NCBI GenBank assembly: GCA_964035545.1
Contig: OZ037766.1
Span: forward strand, 2,108,001 to 2,172,000
Source: Bugula neritina
Taxonomy: Eukaryota; Animalia; Bryozoa
Length of the DNA stretch: 64,000 nt
Direction of reading: 5' to 3'
Shown: piece by piece, positions 36,601-49,910 of the stretch
Layout: each line of letters begins with the position of its first letter
Position numbering within the stretch: position 1 is the first letter of the stretch
The notes under the pieces: generated by a model
Databases searched by the model: none
What the model was told of the DNA's origin: nothing
What the model saw: only the letters and a program-made list of their open reading frames with translations
Program-made: the position numbers and the translations under genes

Positions 36601-39413
36601 GGCAGGTAGACTGCCTGACAGGTAAGTTATTTATCCTCGCCAAGTCTACCGGCTTGTCGGGTAGAACTTGATGTCTAGGACCAGGAGAGAGAGTAACTGA
36701 GAGTGTGGACTATCAAGTGATGCCAATATAGAGTGTACAACCCTGCACCTTTTATTATTATACGAGAAGAAATAGTCTTTGTCTATAGAGTCTCAATGCC
36801 TGAACATAAACCCAACTAGATGTAGCTTCATGTTTAGCCTGAGCACAATAAGAAATCTAGTTTGAGGTGCAGTTACTGTTAATTATCTAAATTCCCCATA
36901 ACCTTGAATAAAACCTCAAACAACCTTCCCAATACCTAGAGACTAGTTCCAGTCCAATTTATCATTTATTACTGATATGAGTTTCACCAAGTTCATTGCA
37001 AAGTTGACCACACTATGAGCTGTTAGCCATTGGCTGCAAAGGCAGCCGAATCTCTGCGGCAGCAATAATCAAAACACAGACTGTATTCAACTCAACTATA
37101 CATGCACCTGTAGACATGATTAGTTATATTATTAGGCTAAGCTGGTAAATTGTCTACCTGGGAGTGAGAAATTCACTCCGTTATTAAAACCATCATCTAA
37201 TTATTGATATTTTAATTATACAGAAAGAAATAAACCCACTTAAGCTATGCTGCAGGTAATTCAGCCCAGACTTACAGTACAGGCTGTTAGCTGAGATTCC
37301 AAGAGGTATTACAGGCTAAATTGTAGACTTTCAGGGCACTAGCACCTTACTAATAGCGTTTTTTTTTATGATTGAATAAACAGTTTAGGCTAATTGAACA
37401 CCAAACAGAACAGTAAGAGGCTATTTCATGGCAGCGTGACTTTCTAGGCAGCAAACAAGGACTATTTTGACATCATTACACAATCTTATCACTAGAATCT
37501 TACAAAAACAGGAAATATCAGACATTATCTGTAGACAGAAGTGATCTACTACAACAATATTACATGTAATATAAACAAGTGCTAGTGGTTGTTGGCTAGT
37601 TATCCAAGTTATGGTGAAGTAACGGCTTCCTTGTGACTAACCAATCATCAACGGCTTTACATCATCTTGAGTCATTTGATCTGTTACACTCGCAAATGGA
37701 TGATACTGTTTATTGTTAGGTTTTGTATTGTTATTGCAGTAATATTGAAACTATTTGGCACTACTCCCAAACAGCCACATAAAGTATTTAGCATTACTAG
37801 TAGTTTTATTGGCTGAACATTCATGACTAGTTAAAGCAGCATTAAATGCTACAGTAGATTCTGCAATGGTTATTAGCACTACTGAAGTAGAGATTGCATT
37901 GTTCAGCTCAAAGAAACATGAAATTAGAAAAATATTGTATGCCTAAAGAACATTCCAGATAACTATTTTATAAAATGCCAATACAAAAGAGTTGCAAGCA
38001 ATAGTTTCCTAAGAATCACTGATGTAGCGGTTGTGTTAGCAGTATTTCAAGCCTGTCATTGACATTCATTAAGGCACACTGAAATTATGCTTTTGAAATA
38101 ACATTACTTTCTATGACATCATGTATTTACTCTAAACTAGATTTCTATGGACTGGTAAGGTGAATCGTGATTAAAATAAAGAAAATAAAGTGTTTTCAAA
38201 CAACTTGAATTTACAAAATCGCCCTACATAAACATACATGTGTGGCAAAAGGAGATAAATTGGCGAACGATAATTTATCAGTTTAGTTTATGTGAGCAAG
38301 TTGTCTGTTTGCCGTCAAATATTGAGAGGTGATAAATTTCAGATCATAACGTCAAGCATAGCAGAGTCAAAATTTATGACATTGCAAACACTAAACTAGA
38401 TTATAATACAATAGTTAGTTAGTGCTGTCTACAGCATTGAAGGAGCAACTTTAATAAAACTACTTACGGAAACCAGCAAGCATTTACTTTCTCTGATGGC
38501 TCCACAGCAACCAAAGAAGCCTATAATCATGATGACACACCCCACCACAATAATACCGATGCCGGCATATTGCAGGGCAGCGAAGGAGGTGTCCGCTGCC
38601 AGATCTTTGAAGGTGTCATCCACCAGAACCCAAATTCCAAAGCCAACCAATGCACAACCTATGAGCTGGAAAACATAATGTTACAATTAAGTATATTAGC
38701 AAGCCAGTCATTGCGACCAAAATTTGCTAGCAACACAGTAGCTTAGAATTTGCTTCAGACCGATTTTAAAATATCATCAAATCTATGTTGCTAGTTGAAC
38801 TAACCAAAATGTGTAGCATATAGTCAATTCAGTGAGTTTAAGAGGAAATAGTCTGAGTTTGATTAACTCTAAGCATAAATAAACTGCAATTTTAATAGTA
38901 ATTTTTTGTGATATAATAACAGCTGTCATCATCCAAGTAAAAACTAAACCTGGGTCTCATCAGAGTCACTAGTATTCGTTATAAAAGCTTCTTAGGTTAT
39001 CAACAAATAGAACTAGTAATAGTTGCCCTAACAGCTACTTAAACATATGAGACTCTAACTTATTGATTGAGTCACTGGGTAGACTGCTGTAGATTGAGAC
39101 TGGCTTTGGAGTTCTTATAAAATACCATCATGGACTTCACTTATTCAATTTCATCTTTGATCACAGCCATTCAATTTCATTCATAGTTAATGTTATACTT
39201 GTAGTTGTAGTAATAATTGGTAAGCGATTATAATTTGATATTACTTGCCAATTAATGAGTTATCATAATCACAGACAGATACCCGTGAGATACTTATGGT
39301 AATACTTATAGTCCTAGTAAGAAATGGTAACTTACCCAAAATATGAAGTTGAAGGCGAACATCAAGTATTTTATGCAGGCAAAGCATCCACTTAAACCAC
39401 TTCCAGACCCCAT
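33631..39413 (-). CDS. Tetraspanin with a 4-cysteine large extracellular loop (~236 aa)
   Basis: Exons 39413-39336 (MGSGSGLSGCFACIKYLMFAFNFIFW), 38665-38468 (GFFGCCGAIRESKCLL), 36273-36199, 34975-34832 (IQQTLGCCG), 34505-34350 (IPASC...GC), 33690-33631 (LIGMVFSMLLCCAIRESYE*). Four TM segments. Confidence 0.93.
34659..34842. repeat. 22-bp minisatellite (atgtaggtcacattatacctg[a/g]), ~8 copies, built from the tetraspanin exon-4 donor
   Basis: On the minus strand the unit contains cctacat(c/t)cag|gtataat, i.e. the exon end plus the GT donor. Confidence 0.9.
34968..35115. repeat. (caata)n repeat with 20-25 bp periodicity, copying the tetraspanin exon-4 acceptor
   Basis: atgaact(g/a)caatacaat recurs at 34971, 34996, 35021 and 35041. 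Confidence 0.8.
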
Positions 39414-39999
39414 TTTTAGTTTTTCAAATATGGATATTTGAATTTCTCTTTTAAAAATAAAATAAAACTGAAACGGCAAGAAATTTAAATAACACTGTTA
39501 GTGTTAGTAACAGTGACACCTCTGAGTTCTGACACTAACACTTACAGTCCACTGTCCTTTGGCTTTAGACTCAGACTGACTGTGACTGGTAAACTTTAAA
39601 TATTTTATATTAACCTTTACTGCCAAGCTTATAACTATTAATCCAAGTTATAGATCTGCTACGAGATATCGAACGTATATTTAAAACTTAAAAATTATAA
39701 CCTTAACTGTAACCCAGTATTGGTGAGTAAATAATTACAATAATTATAAATAGTAAATAAAAATGTTCTTCCTTTAACTGAATAGCCTAAGTTCTAAAAA
39801 CTTAACGACTCAGTCCTGAAAACTTGACAATGTGCAGACAACTCGATATTTATTATAAAACCTTCATTGGTCATTGAGTTGTCTTTTCCTGTGCCTGCAT
39901 GTCCAGTTTTTCTCCAGTAAAAAATATGGATCTCAAAATCCATCTTCAAGTTATACCGATATTCATTTTGATATTGAATGTTTTTTTGTAAAAAAATCA

Positions 40000-41010
40000 T
40001 ACTGCTGATGATTATTATTATGATGATTGTTTTATTTTCTAAAAATTCTTTCCTATTACTAGTAGACGATCCGTATAAGTATCAGTATGACTATGACTAT
40101 CATTATGATTATGATTAATGATTATCATTAATTTTAAATTTAATGATTATCATTATGATAATCATTATGAATATCATAATCAATATGATAATGACTAATC
40201 TAACATCTATCATTCTATGACTATGAGATTGAGTATCGGTATGAGACATGACTGTAGCAGAGTAGTACTAGTAGTAGTAGCACTATCGTTTATCGGTATC
40301 ACAAATTGAAATTTGAAATGGAAATTTTGTGAATAACATCAAGTTTAACACAAGTTGAAGTTCATTTTCATTTTGATTTAGAAGTAGTAGACGTAGTGAA
40401 GTAATACTAATAGTAATACGAATAGTATAATTATAATTATACACTATTTGTGTTAGTATTAATATAACATTAGTATAACTATAAGTATAAGTATTATATA
40501 ATATAATACTTATACTTATAGTTATACTAATGTTATATAAATATATTGAGTTATAAATCACTATAATATTAATAATCATAATGGTTATTAATATTATGAG
40601 TAGAAGTATTAGTTCTACTATTAAATTTAATAATAGATTTACTTCTAATATATTACTATTAGTATTAGACTTAGTTATTTTAGTATTGCAATCTAAATCA
40701 GTATCACAATTTGAATTTTAAAACTAAATAAGTAAATCACTAAATGTAATTACATTTGCAATTACTGAATTAGTATTACATATACTATTAGTATTAGTAT
40801 TCATATATTGCTGTTACAATACCTAATGAATAAGCATAATTCAATTTTGTAGTAATTATAATACTAATAGACCTAGAGTATAGACATAGTGATAATGATA
40901 TCCACACACACTTAGAACTAAGAGCAGTAGGGAAAAAATTAAGACACTACTAGTACTACTAGTAGCACTACTACTAGTACTATAATCACTACTACTACCC
41001 ACCATAAACT
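40000..41010. repeat. AT-rich low-complexity (att/agt/ata) tract between the divergent tetraspanin and zinc-finger genes
   Basis: Degenerate trinucleotide runs such as attatgattatgatt and actactagtactact. Confidence 0.7.
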
Positions 41011-41162
41011 ACATCAAGAACTAGAGATATAAATCTCTTATATAGTAGTCCCGTCTGCTATAATCTACTCAGTTTAAACTCTAGATGCATTAGCCATCCT
41101 ATTTTCTGATTTTAGGGTCATTTGTAGACTACTGGCAGAAAATTGAGTAAACAGCAGACAAA

Positions 41163-44100
41163 ATGTCTTCTCCTGGTCCAAAGACCAAGTATATGAAATG
41201 CAAGCTCTGCTCCAAAGTGGTAAACCAAAAGGTGATTTCTTCTAAATTTCCTTAAATCCACAGATCCTGCAGAAAAGCTGCTTGTTTTTATGTACTGAAA
41301 TGTTCAACCATTTTAATATAACTTGGATAAATTTTCTAGTGTCATAAGAATTGTGTTATTTAGGATTTATCAGCTCATGCGGACTCTCACCGAGAAAAGG
41401 GGGAGCTGCAGCGCTCCTCTTCAAGTGGAACTTCGGCTAAATCCTCACCGGCAGCATCTATGTCAGCGTCTTCAGTTACTGAAACTCCACATCAGGTGGA
41501 GGAGGTTGTATCCATGGCAACTACTGACACAGCTGTTTCTACGGCAACCAACGCAACAGCTGTATCCATGGCAACCGCTGTTACAGCTGTATCTACAGTA
41601 ACTAATTCTACATCTGTATCTACGGCAAGTGCAGCCACATCTGTGTCCACGGCAACCAATGATACCTCTGTATCCATGGCAACTAATACTACAGCTGTAT
41701 CCACGGCAACTGCACCTACAGCTGTTTCTATGTCAACCAGTGCTACAGCTGTGTCTACAACGACCAATCCTACAACTGTATCTGTTGCAACCAATGCTAC
41801 AGCTGTATCTACAGCAACTGCAGCCACTGCTGTTTCTATGTCAACCAACCCTACAGCTGTATCCACGGCAACCAATGATACAATTGTATCTACAACAACC
41901 ACTCTTGTTCCCCCATCAAGTAGAAAGGGAGAAAGTGGTGACGCACCAACAACTTCCTCCAACTATGCAGCCAAAGTCGACCAGCTGGTATGCAGAGTAG
42001 TTGTTTATCTACCATTCAGTGTGATTTGTTGGTGTGGAAGTTGAAACGTGATATTGTGTGTGGAATAATATTATAATATGATGCACTACCACGGTATAAA
42101 ACCAGTATAAAAGAATTTATAATATCATTAGTATGTTATATTGTTAGCATGTTATATTGTTAGTATGTTATATTGTTAGTATATTATACTGTTAGTATAT
42201 TATACTGTTAGTATATTATACTGTTAGTATATTATACTGTTAGTATATTATACTGTTAGTATATTATACTGTTAGTATATTATACTGTTAGTATATTATA
42301 CTGTTAGTATATTATACTGTTAGTATATTATACTGTTAGTATATTATACTGTTAGTATATATTTTCAGAAGCTGGTAAACCATCTACTAATTAATGACAA
42401 GCTGCTCACTGTTAATAAAGAAAGACAGACATTTACCTGCGAGGTAAGATATTGTTTTTATCTCCATTTGGCCAATATTTTAACATTTTGTTCAATTCTT
42501 GTTGACTTTTTCTTGGGTCAACAACGAAGCCAAAAGTTTTATGTATGGACATTTTTTATTTTTCTCACACTGGGGGTACAACTCCATGAGCTAATACTGT
42601 AATGCCCATCTGTTAGTATAACTCTGTAATGTTGCTTTCTAACTTATTTAGCTTTCAATAAGATTCAACTGCTGGTATTTTTGGACATGAGATTCCAAAT
42701 GTCAATTGTTTATTTTTTGTGTCTTTATGATACAGGCACATGAGTGTGTGTTGTGTCCTTAACTTCACTTGTATATGCTTATATGTATGTTGTTATGGTG
42801 TGCATATATTATGTTTGATAAAAGTTGTTCTATAATTCCCTTTTCACTTGTAGTTTTAAAATAATAGATTGATTTGGTTTTAAAATAAATATCTGTTTAA
42901 TAAAAACCTGATTATGTAGGTATGCCAATGTAATGGTCCACGGATGAACTTCAGGGCATATGTAGAACATGTTTCCTCTATCTCTCACATGAAGGTAAAC
43001 TGTCTGTAACTACTAGTACTACTACTACTACTACTGCTACTACTGCTACTACTGCTACTACTTCTACTACTTCTACTTCCGCTACTACCGCTACTACTAC
43101 TATTACTATTATTCTATGACCAATGCCATCATTATTGATTTTATCAATATTAATATTTCAATTGTTCTATTTCTGGTATTTTTGTCATAAATATAACTGT
43201 TGATTATGGTATTTTCGCACAAGTACCATCATTCGTATTCAAATAGATACATTCACTATTCATTCTCATTAGCACTTGCTGTAAAATCTAACTGTTATGA
43301 CAATAAAGCATAATGATTTACGTTCTGCAAATCGTAATGCCAACAATAATTTAATTGTTCATTGTTTCAGAATGTGTTTGTGTGGATGAACACATCAGAA
43401 TCACGAACTCTGGATAAATACCAGGTATTATTCTCTGAAGCATGTCACTAAGTTGAAATTCTGAATAGTAAATAAATGTTCATACACTCATTTATCTATT
43501 CACACATGTCTGGTATTAACAAAGTTGTTGAACTTGGATTATCAACAATTTTTTTTAGCTTTTGAATAGGTGTGTACACTTGAGCAACTTCTAGCATAGT
43601 ATTTTAGACCTACATCGAATGCTCCTCAAAATTTAATTGATATTTAAGTGTGTTTTTAATATAGGGACATTTCACATTTTCTCATATTATTTTCGTTATG
43701 CTTTGCTTTATATCATTTGATCTTTTGTAGGTCTTGGTTAAGAAGTTAAGGGCTTCTAATAAACCAATTGGTCTGTTCTGTGAAGTAGGTTTGAGCAATT
43801 TCATATTCTCTAAAATTGTAGTAAATGGGATAGAAATGTTATGTTGAATAGAAAGTTATGACTGGTAAATCTGCTGGCTAGCAATACCCATGTATTTTTT
43901 CTAACTCAATGTTCCCTGTTCCGTACAAAGCAAACTTTGTTTCTTTTGAAAAGACAATGAAGTTTTATATTGTGATGACATTTATTACTTAAAATTCTTG
44001 GTATAAATAGAAAGATATGTTCCTCTTGTACATAACTGTGATATGTAATTAACTACGTGTGGTGTTACAGCTGTGCAGGAAAGCATCATTCAACGTGAAA

Positions 44101-47100
44101 CTAGCTAGTCAGATGACCCACCTAGCATCAGAAAAACACAAAGGCAGCGCCCAGGTAAGTAGGCAGCACCTCACGTGACAAGTAGAAAGTTATTTGATTT
44201 ACCTGCTTGTTGCTTATGATTTCAACTTATTTTATTTTGAAGATGGTGCAAAAGCTTTTCGAGTCTCAATCTGTGAAATCATCTCTCGTACAAGTTAAAG
44301 CTAGCTCCCCTGACTCAAAGTCAAGTAGCATTTCATTAAGTGGTTCTAATGCTTTAAGTGGTGTCAAGTCAACTAATGCAACATTGCCTACTCACAAAGT
44401 GTCAGTACCGTGCTTAGGCAATGAGCAACCGGTAAAAGCAGCAACAGAAGTCTCAGTAACTGATACACCAACAGCTGAGCACTCAGTAGTCAATGAGCTG
44501 TCAACCTCTCAGCCAGAAACTAATAAACCACCACTTGAGAGCCTGGCAAAAACTAACTTGCAAATTGATGAGCTGAAAACTGAGAACTTGGTCATTACTA
44601 AACCTTCAATCAATAAATCAGAGACTGAGAAAACATCTGCTAAACCTATGACAGATAAAAGTCCAGTTGTACAAAGCTCAGAAATTGATAGAGTAACTAT
44701 TGGGAAACAATTGTCCAGTCAAGTAGCACCTAAAGAGACAGCAGCTAATAAAAAACTTGTGGTAACTAAGCCAGCACCTGAAAAATTGGCAAACACTGCT
44801 TGTGTTTCACAATTCAAAGAATCATCAGCTACACAGGTGTCAACTGCTGATAAACCCGTAGCAGAGACGCCTATGAGTAAAGTACCAGCAGCTACGATAT
44901 TAAATACAAATACATCTAAAAATGAGCAATTACCAAATAAAAATCCAATGGAAAAGTCAGCTAATAAGGCTTTTGCAAAGATTAATTCTGAAAGTAAGTT
45001 AGATAATACATCATCAAGCACGGACAATCAGAAAACTGTAATGCTTGCAACTACAAATTGTATTAGTAAAAGGACAGAGTCTTCAAAAGTGGAAATTCAG
45101 GCCAATAAGAATGAAGAGAAAATTTCATCTAAATCCTATAAAATGAATTCTAGTACTAATAAAAGATCTAGACGATCTGAAAGTTGGTCACCAATTCGAA
45201 AACGATCATCGTTAACACCTGATAGGCCAGAAGTGGAGATTGGTGTAGATGATGATGTTATTGTAATCGGTGCAACAGATGCCAGATCTCGATCCAATTT
45301 CAGTGTGAGCACAAGGCGCCCTCATAGATCCCACTCCCGCTCAAGATCTAGACAAGAATTATCACACCGTCGACATTCACCAAATCGAAGATTATCTAGG
45401 TCTCCTTCAAGACTCACCAAAAGCCCTCCAAGTAGAACACGGCATAGATCCCGTTCACCTCCATACAGAGGCTCTAAATCAAGACATGCTGATGGCTTTA
45501 GATCACGATCCCAGAAATCACCTGATCGGTATAAGCACAACCTTCATTCTTCAAAAAGAACTCGATCGCGCTCTCCAATACATAATAGAAAAATTGATGC
45601 TCATCGGAGGAGGCGGTCCCGATCTCCTATCTCTACAAAAAGAAAATCACCAACTCGTTCACCATCTCCAAAACACTCGAGACGCCATTCCTCTGGTAAC
45701 AAACATTCTAGTTCTAGAGTGTCACATTCAGCTAGTCGCCGCCATTCACGTAGCCCTCAACAGTCACACGTAAGTAACGGGCTCCGTACACGACCACTTT
45801 CTCCGTGGAGTATCAACAGCTTGACATTTCTCGTTGACAAAAAGTGGAAGTCTTTCTATGAAAAATACTATGCGTCTGGTATTCGCGATGATGCCCTTTG
45901 CTTAATTTTGCAAAAAGATTATCTCCAGGCTTATAAAGGATTTTTTGTGCAAGATCCACAGTTTGAGATAGCATATCCTGTTTTAATTCAACCTGAACTT
46001 CTTCGCTCAATGCTAACGGAAAGAATAGAAAATGGGCCTTCTCAAAGTTCATCTCAATTGAGTCGAGAAGTTTCATCAGTGATTACAGTAAAAAATGTAC
46101 CAATGGCAGATTGTGATGCCCTAGAACCTGGGGAGATTATTGATGATGAACGAAAGAAAGAGCTAAAACGTGCATGGGAAAAAAATTTAGCTAGAGCACT
46201 TCCACCTCCTGTAAAGAAGCCAGCCTATACAGAAAGGCGTCCTAAAGTGACTGCAGAAAACTACACTTCACAACCTCATCCCAATAAAGATTTTTCTACA
46301 ACTACTGTTCCTGTTTCGGTTCCTCAGCCAGTTCCACCGCCTGAGAAGACTTCTGACTCGCTCCATTCTTCGGGTGTTGGCCGAACGCCGGAAGACTTCC
46401 ATTCTTTTGACAAACTTCAAGTTCTGATTAGAGAGAAGTTGAAACTGCCTACAGTCAAACCCCCATCCCCAACCAAACACCCCTCTTCTATTGAGGTTCC
46501 AGATCTGGTCAAGCAGGCACTCAAGAGTATAAAAGGGGATGCTCAAGCGGAATACCCAACCACATCCATGTCTTCAGATGGCCTGGTATGTCTATATGTA
46601 TAACACACATGTGTTCTATGTTTGACATTTAGTTTTATTCAGAGTTTTGTAAAGATTACCAGCATGAGCTTGTTTAAATGTTAATGCGCTTGCGTATTGG
46701 CTTTAGGTATTTAGAGATCCATTTCTGGGATTTGTTCACAATGTGCTTTCTGGAATCCTAAAGATGACTGGACTTCAGGATGATGTGGTATGAGTTTAAA
46801 TATTTGGTTTTATAATTATTTCAATTGTCATCAAATATTCATTATTTCCTCAGAATCACAGTAGGTATGTCGCTTTCACACACCTTTAGCACTGCATGTT
46901 TTAGCTACTGTAGAGCAGTATATTCCATAGAAATTTATTGATAGTGACTTGCTATATCAAGCTTGGTTTTATTTTTATACTTTGTTGTTTAGCTCAAACT
47001 TTCATTATACATAAATTTTAGTCACCAGTAGACAATTATTGCACTCAATTTTTTTTCAAAACGTAATCTCATGCAACTGCCATGCTTAGACTTAAAATGA

Positions 47101-47414
47101 TTATCTGTGTTTACCCAATCATATTTGATATTTGGCAAAGCAATTTCCTCTATGTGTACGCATGTGTGTAGGACTCGGGGGCTGTGCCTTCTGCGGTTTT
47201 AACCGAGCTGCATTATGAGCAGCGTCGAATGCATGAGAGTATGGTTACTCCCGAAGGTCATCTGTTGATTCGGATGGCTCGGATGTCATTGACTAATAGA
47301 GATAGACTGCACTCCAAGTTTGGTTCGTCTCATGCTGATGTCGTGGGAATACTGGAGAATTTAGACCGGGACGTATTACAGCTGATAGCTGATACACCAA
47401 TGCTCAAACAATGA
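41163..47414 (+). CDS. Zinc-finger protein with one C2H2 and two matrin/U1-type fingers, a Thr/Ala repeat and an RS-rich region (~1233 aa); probable nuclear RNA-binding factor
   Basis: 10 exons, all introns phase 0: 41163-41231, 41364-41987, 42369-42443, 42920-42994, 43371-43424, 43731-43784, 44071-44154, 44243-46585, 46707-46787, 47172-47414. Fingers: CKLC...LSAHADSH; CEVC...HVSSISH; CELC...HLASEKH. RS/SP-rich block RSRSRSR...RSRSP at ~45280-45760. Confidence 0.8.
41508..41900 (+). repeat. Coding 27-bp (9-aa, VS[MT]ATxxTA) tandem repeat, ~15 units
   Basis: Units start at 41508, 41535, 41562 ... 41886 with an exact 27-bp period. Confidence 0.9.
42128..42360. repeat. 18-bp intronic minisatellite (gttagtatattatact-type) ending at a splice acceptor
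   Basis: About 11 near-identical units plus shorter degenerate ones, running into attttcag at 42368. Unit length read by eye as 16-18 bp. Confidence 0.85.
43008..43112. repeat. (cta)n microsatellite
   Basis: actactactactactgctac run in an intron. Confidence 0.9.
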
Positions 47415-49696
47415 TTCTCAGACTTGTTACTCTCCCTCTAGTTGGAAATAGTAATATACTGCGACATGTATTCTAAGGGAAACTGGAAAATGCAAAAACT
47501 GAGATGATGTTTTACCACAGTATTGTAAATTTTATGAAAAAGATTGTGTTACTGTAAAGGATAAAGTAAATATAGAACTAATATATAAGTCAAAACACTT
47601 CCTGTTGACCGCATGAGAATATGCAAGCATGTTGGCTACAAGAACTGAAGATGATGGTGAAAGAAATGCTACGGGAATAGTATCTTACAATATATAAAAG
47701 TACGGACTATAACATGTACACCTACCGGCAATCTCGTCATTGTATTATAGAGAAGAAAAAGAAGGATATAAATGTTATTAAAATGAAAGAAAGTAAAGAA
47801 GCAAAACATGCCCATCATAGACTGTAAACACAACAATATATGCCGAATAAATATTATATTTGAAATGACTTTTGTTGCAGTTATGGTGCAGTTGTTTCAT
47901 TATAAACAATATCAATTAAAATAAATGTTTGTTGAATAAGGTAATAATCTGATAGTCAGTGTATACTTCTGTAGTAATACCAGTATCAGTGCTATGAAGC
48001 TGGCCAGTGCATTTAGAAGTTGTTTATTATATGATTTGCAGGCTCACTACTAGCATGTCCATTGTTATGTTCTCTTTTAAATGTATTGTACATAAAATTT
48101 GTATATGACTTTCCAAGTTCTTTGAAATTTGTCTAGTGCTGAAGCTACAATTTTAATGGCTTCTAGTTTGTTTTATATTTCTTCTAGTAGCAAATTATAT
48201 ACACCTACATTTAGATTTTCTTGGTTTAGATTTAAATTAGTTGATTTTTCTTGTACCTGAAACAGGCAGTTTTGGAAATAAAATGAATAGACCTACAATT
48301 TGTTGTAATTGAACGGTTAATGTGAAGTCTCAGCTTCATTTTACTGTTTAATTCTAACGCTCTTCCTACTGTATTTGGCAGAACAAAGTGCAGTGCGGTG
48401 CAAAGATTTTAAATGATCAAAATGGTTTAGAAATCAACTCTCTGTTCTACTATTATGGCAAAAAATTACTCTTGAAGAGCCTAGATTTAACTGAAAATGC
48501 TTACCACCCTAAAGGAAGTAGTGTTTAATGATTTAACTTTAGTTTCGGTCCTTTTATAAAAGCCTTTAGGGGTTTTAACAGTCTACAAGAGTTTGTAGTA
48601 AACATATATAAGGAAAGCAATTTGCGATTTTATATGCCAACCTGTAAGTTCCCTTCATTGCTGTTCCATCCTCCTACTGGACCATATTATTCAGGGCAAT
48701 TTAATTTAACCAGTTCTTAAGCACAGTATTTAGTGGCAGTAATTCTACATGGATTGCCTCTATACCTACTTTGTGTTGCTGATTCATTCATAATGTTAGG
48801 ATTATAATGTTTTTAAAAAATAGTTTTTAACCCCAAAATACTGGTTCTTTTTATGTAGCCATGTGTAGCAGCATATATTAGATGTTGTAGTCTAGATAGC
48901 GGAGTTACCTTGGGATGGCATCAATATCATGTATGGCTTATAATTTAAAGTTAATTTATGAGATATATGTCATAGCTACTATCAAGAAGTGGGGTTAGAT
49001 GATTTCCCAAAACAGTTCTTGTACCGTGTTTGCCTCGAAGCTCTAAGAAATGCCGGGCAATTCGTAGCTGTATTTGCCTGCAGTTGCGTGCCTATTTCCA
49101 TGGACTTCATCTGCATATAGTCCCTGGTAAGATTAGTATGCAGCGGCTATGTAAAATCCTATGAACCCAACTAGTCTATACAATGTTATTTCTCTCATCT
49201 GCTGTTTGTTCTCTCTTTGTCACCCATAAATAGACAACTTAAAATAGTTTTATATCATCCATTGCCTACCAATAGTTATGTATTGCAGCGTAAGTTACAC
49301 GAATTATTCAACACATTTCAACTATTGGTTGCCTCAATGAATCTGAGTGGTTAACTTTTAAAATCATTTCTTGCTGTATTTAACATTAAATTGGTTTTTT
49401 AAAAGAATACTTTAAAAGGTCATGTAAAAATGCTTTTAATTTTAGAATGAGGGTGGATGAGTTGAAAGGACTTGTGAATAAAACTGCAAGTAGAAGAAAT
49501 ACAAAAAAGTTATGGGAGCTGAAAGTTTTTCAGAATTGCTGGTGGGTTTTCACAGTGAGTATTTCTTATGTAATAATTTTGCAGAAAGTTAAAAGGAAAT
49601 TATTATAATTATTTTGGACAGTGTTAGTGTATACACATCGTAATTTCACTCTGTGGTTTGTAGTGTGATTCAGTCAAATACTGCTTCACATACAAA

Positions 49697-49910
49697 CTCG
49701 CACAAGTTTATAGTCACTATCCCTGTGAGAAACCCCTGAAAGAGAGGGTTTTTTGTTAAAGTGGGCTAAGGACTTATTTAAATAAGGCACAAGAGCAATT
49801 AAGTCTGGATGCTCTTCCTAACATCACCAATGGCCTTTACTAGGGTTTGAACCCATGACTTCATGTTTACTAGGCAAATGCTCTAACCCCTAGACCACAG
49901 CTGCCCCCTT
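49697..49910 (-). mobile_element. tRNA-derived SINE, copy 2 (intergenic)
   Basis: Collinear with 26050-26267 (gggctaaggacttatttaaat...ctcttcctaacatcaccaatggcc...gaacccatgacttc...ctctaacccctagaccac). Flanked by a 16-bp target-site duplication ctgcttca(c/t)atacaaa (49681-49696 and 49911-49926). Confidence 0.88.

Noticed and set aside
41323-42000. Overlapping ORFs in other frames and on the opposite strand of the 27-bp repeat
   Set aside because: Stop-free shadows of a coding repeat, with no independent splice or domain evidence.
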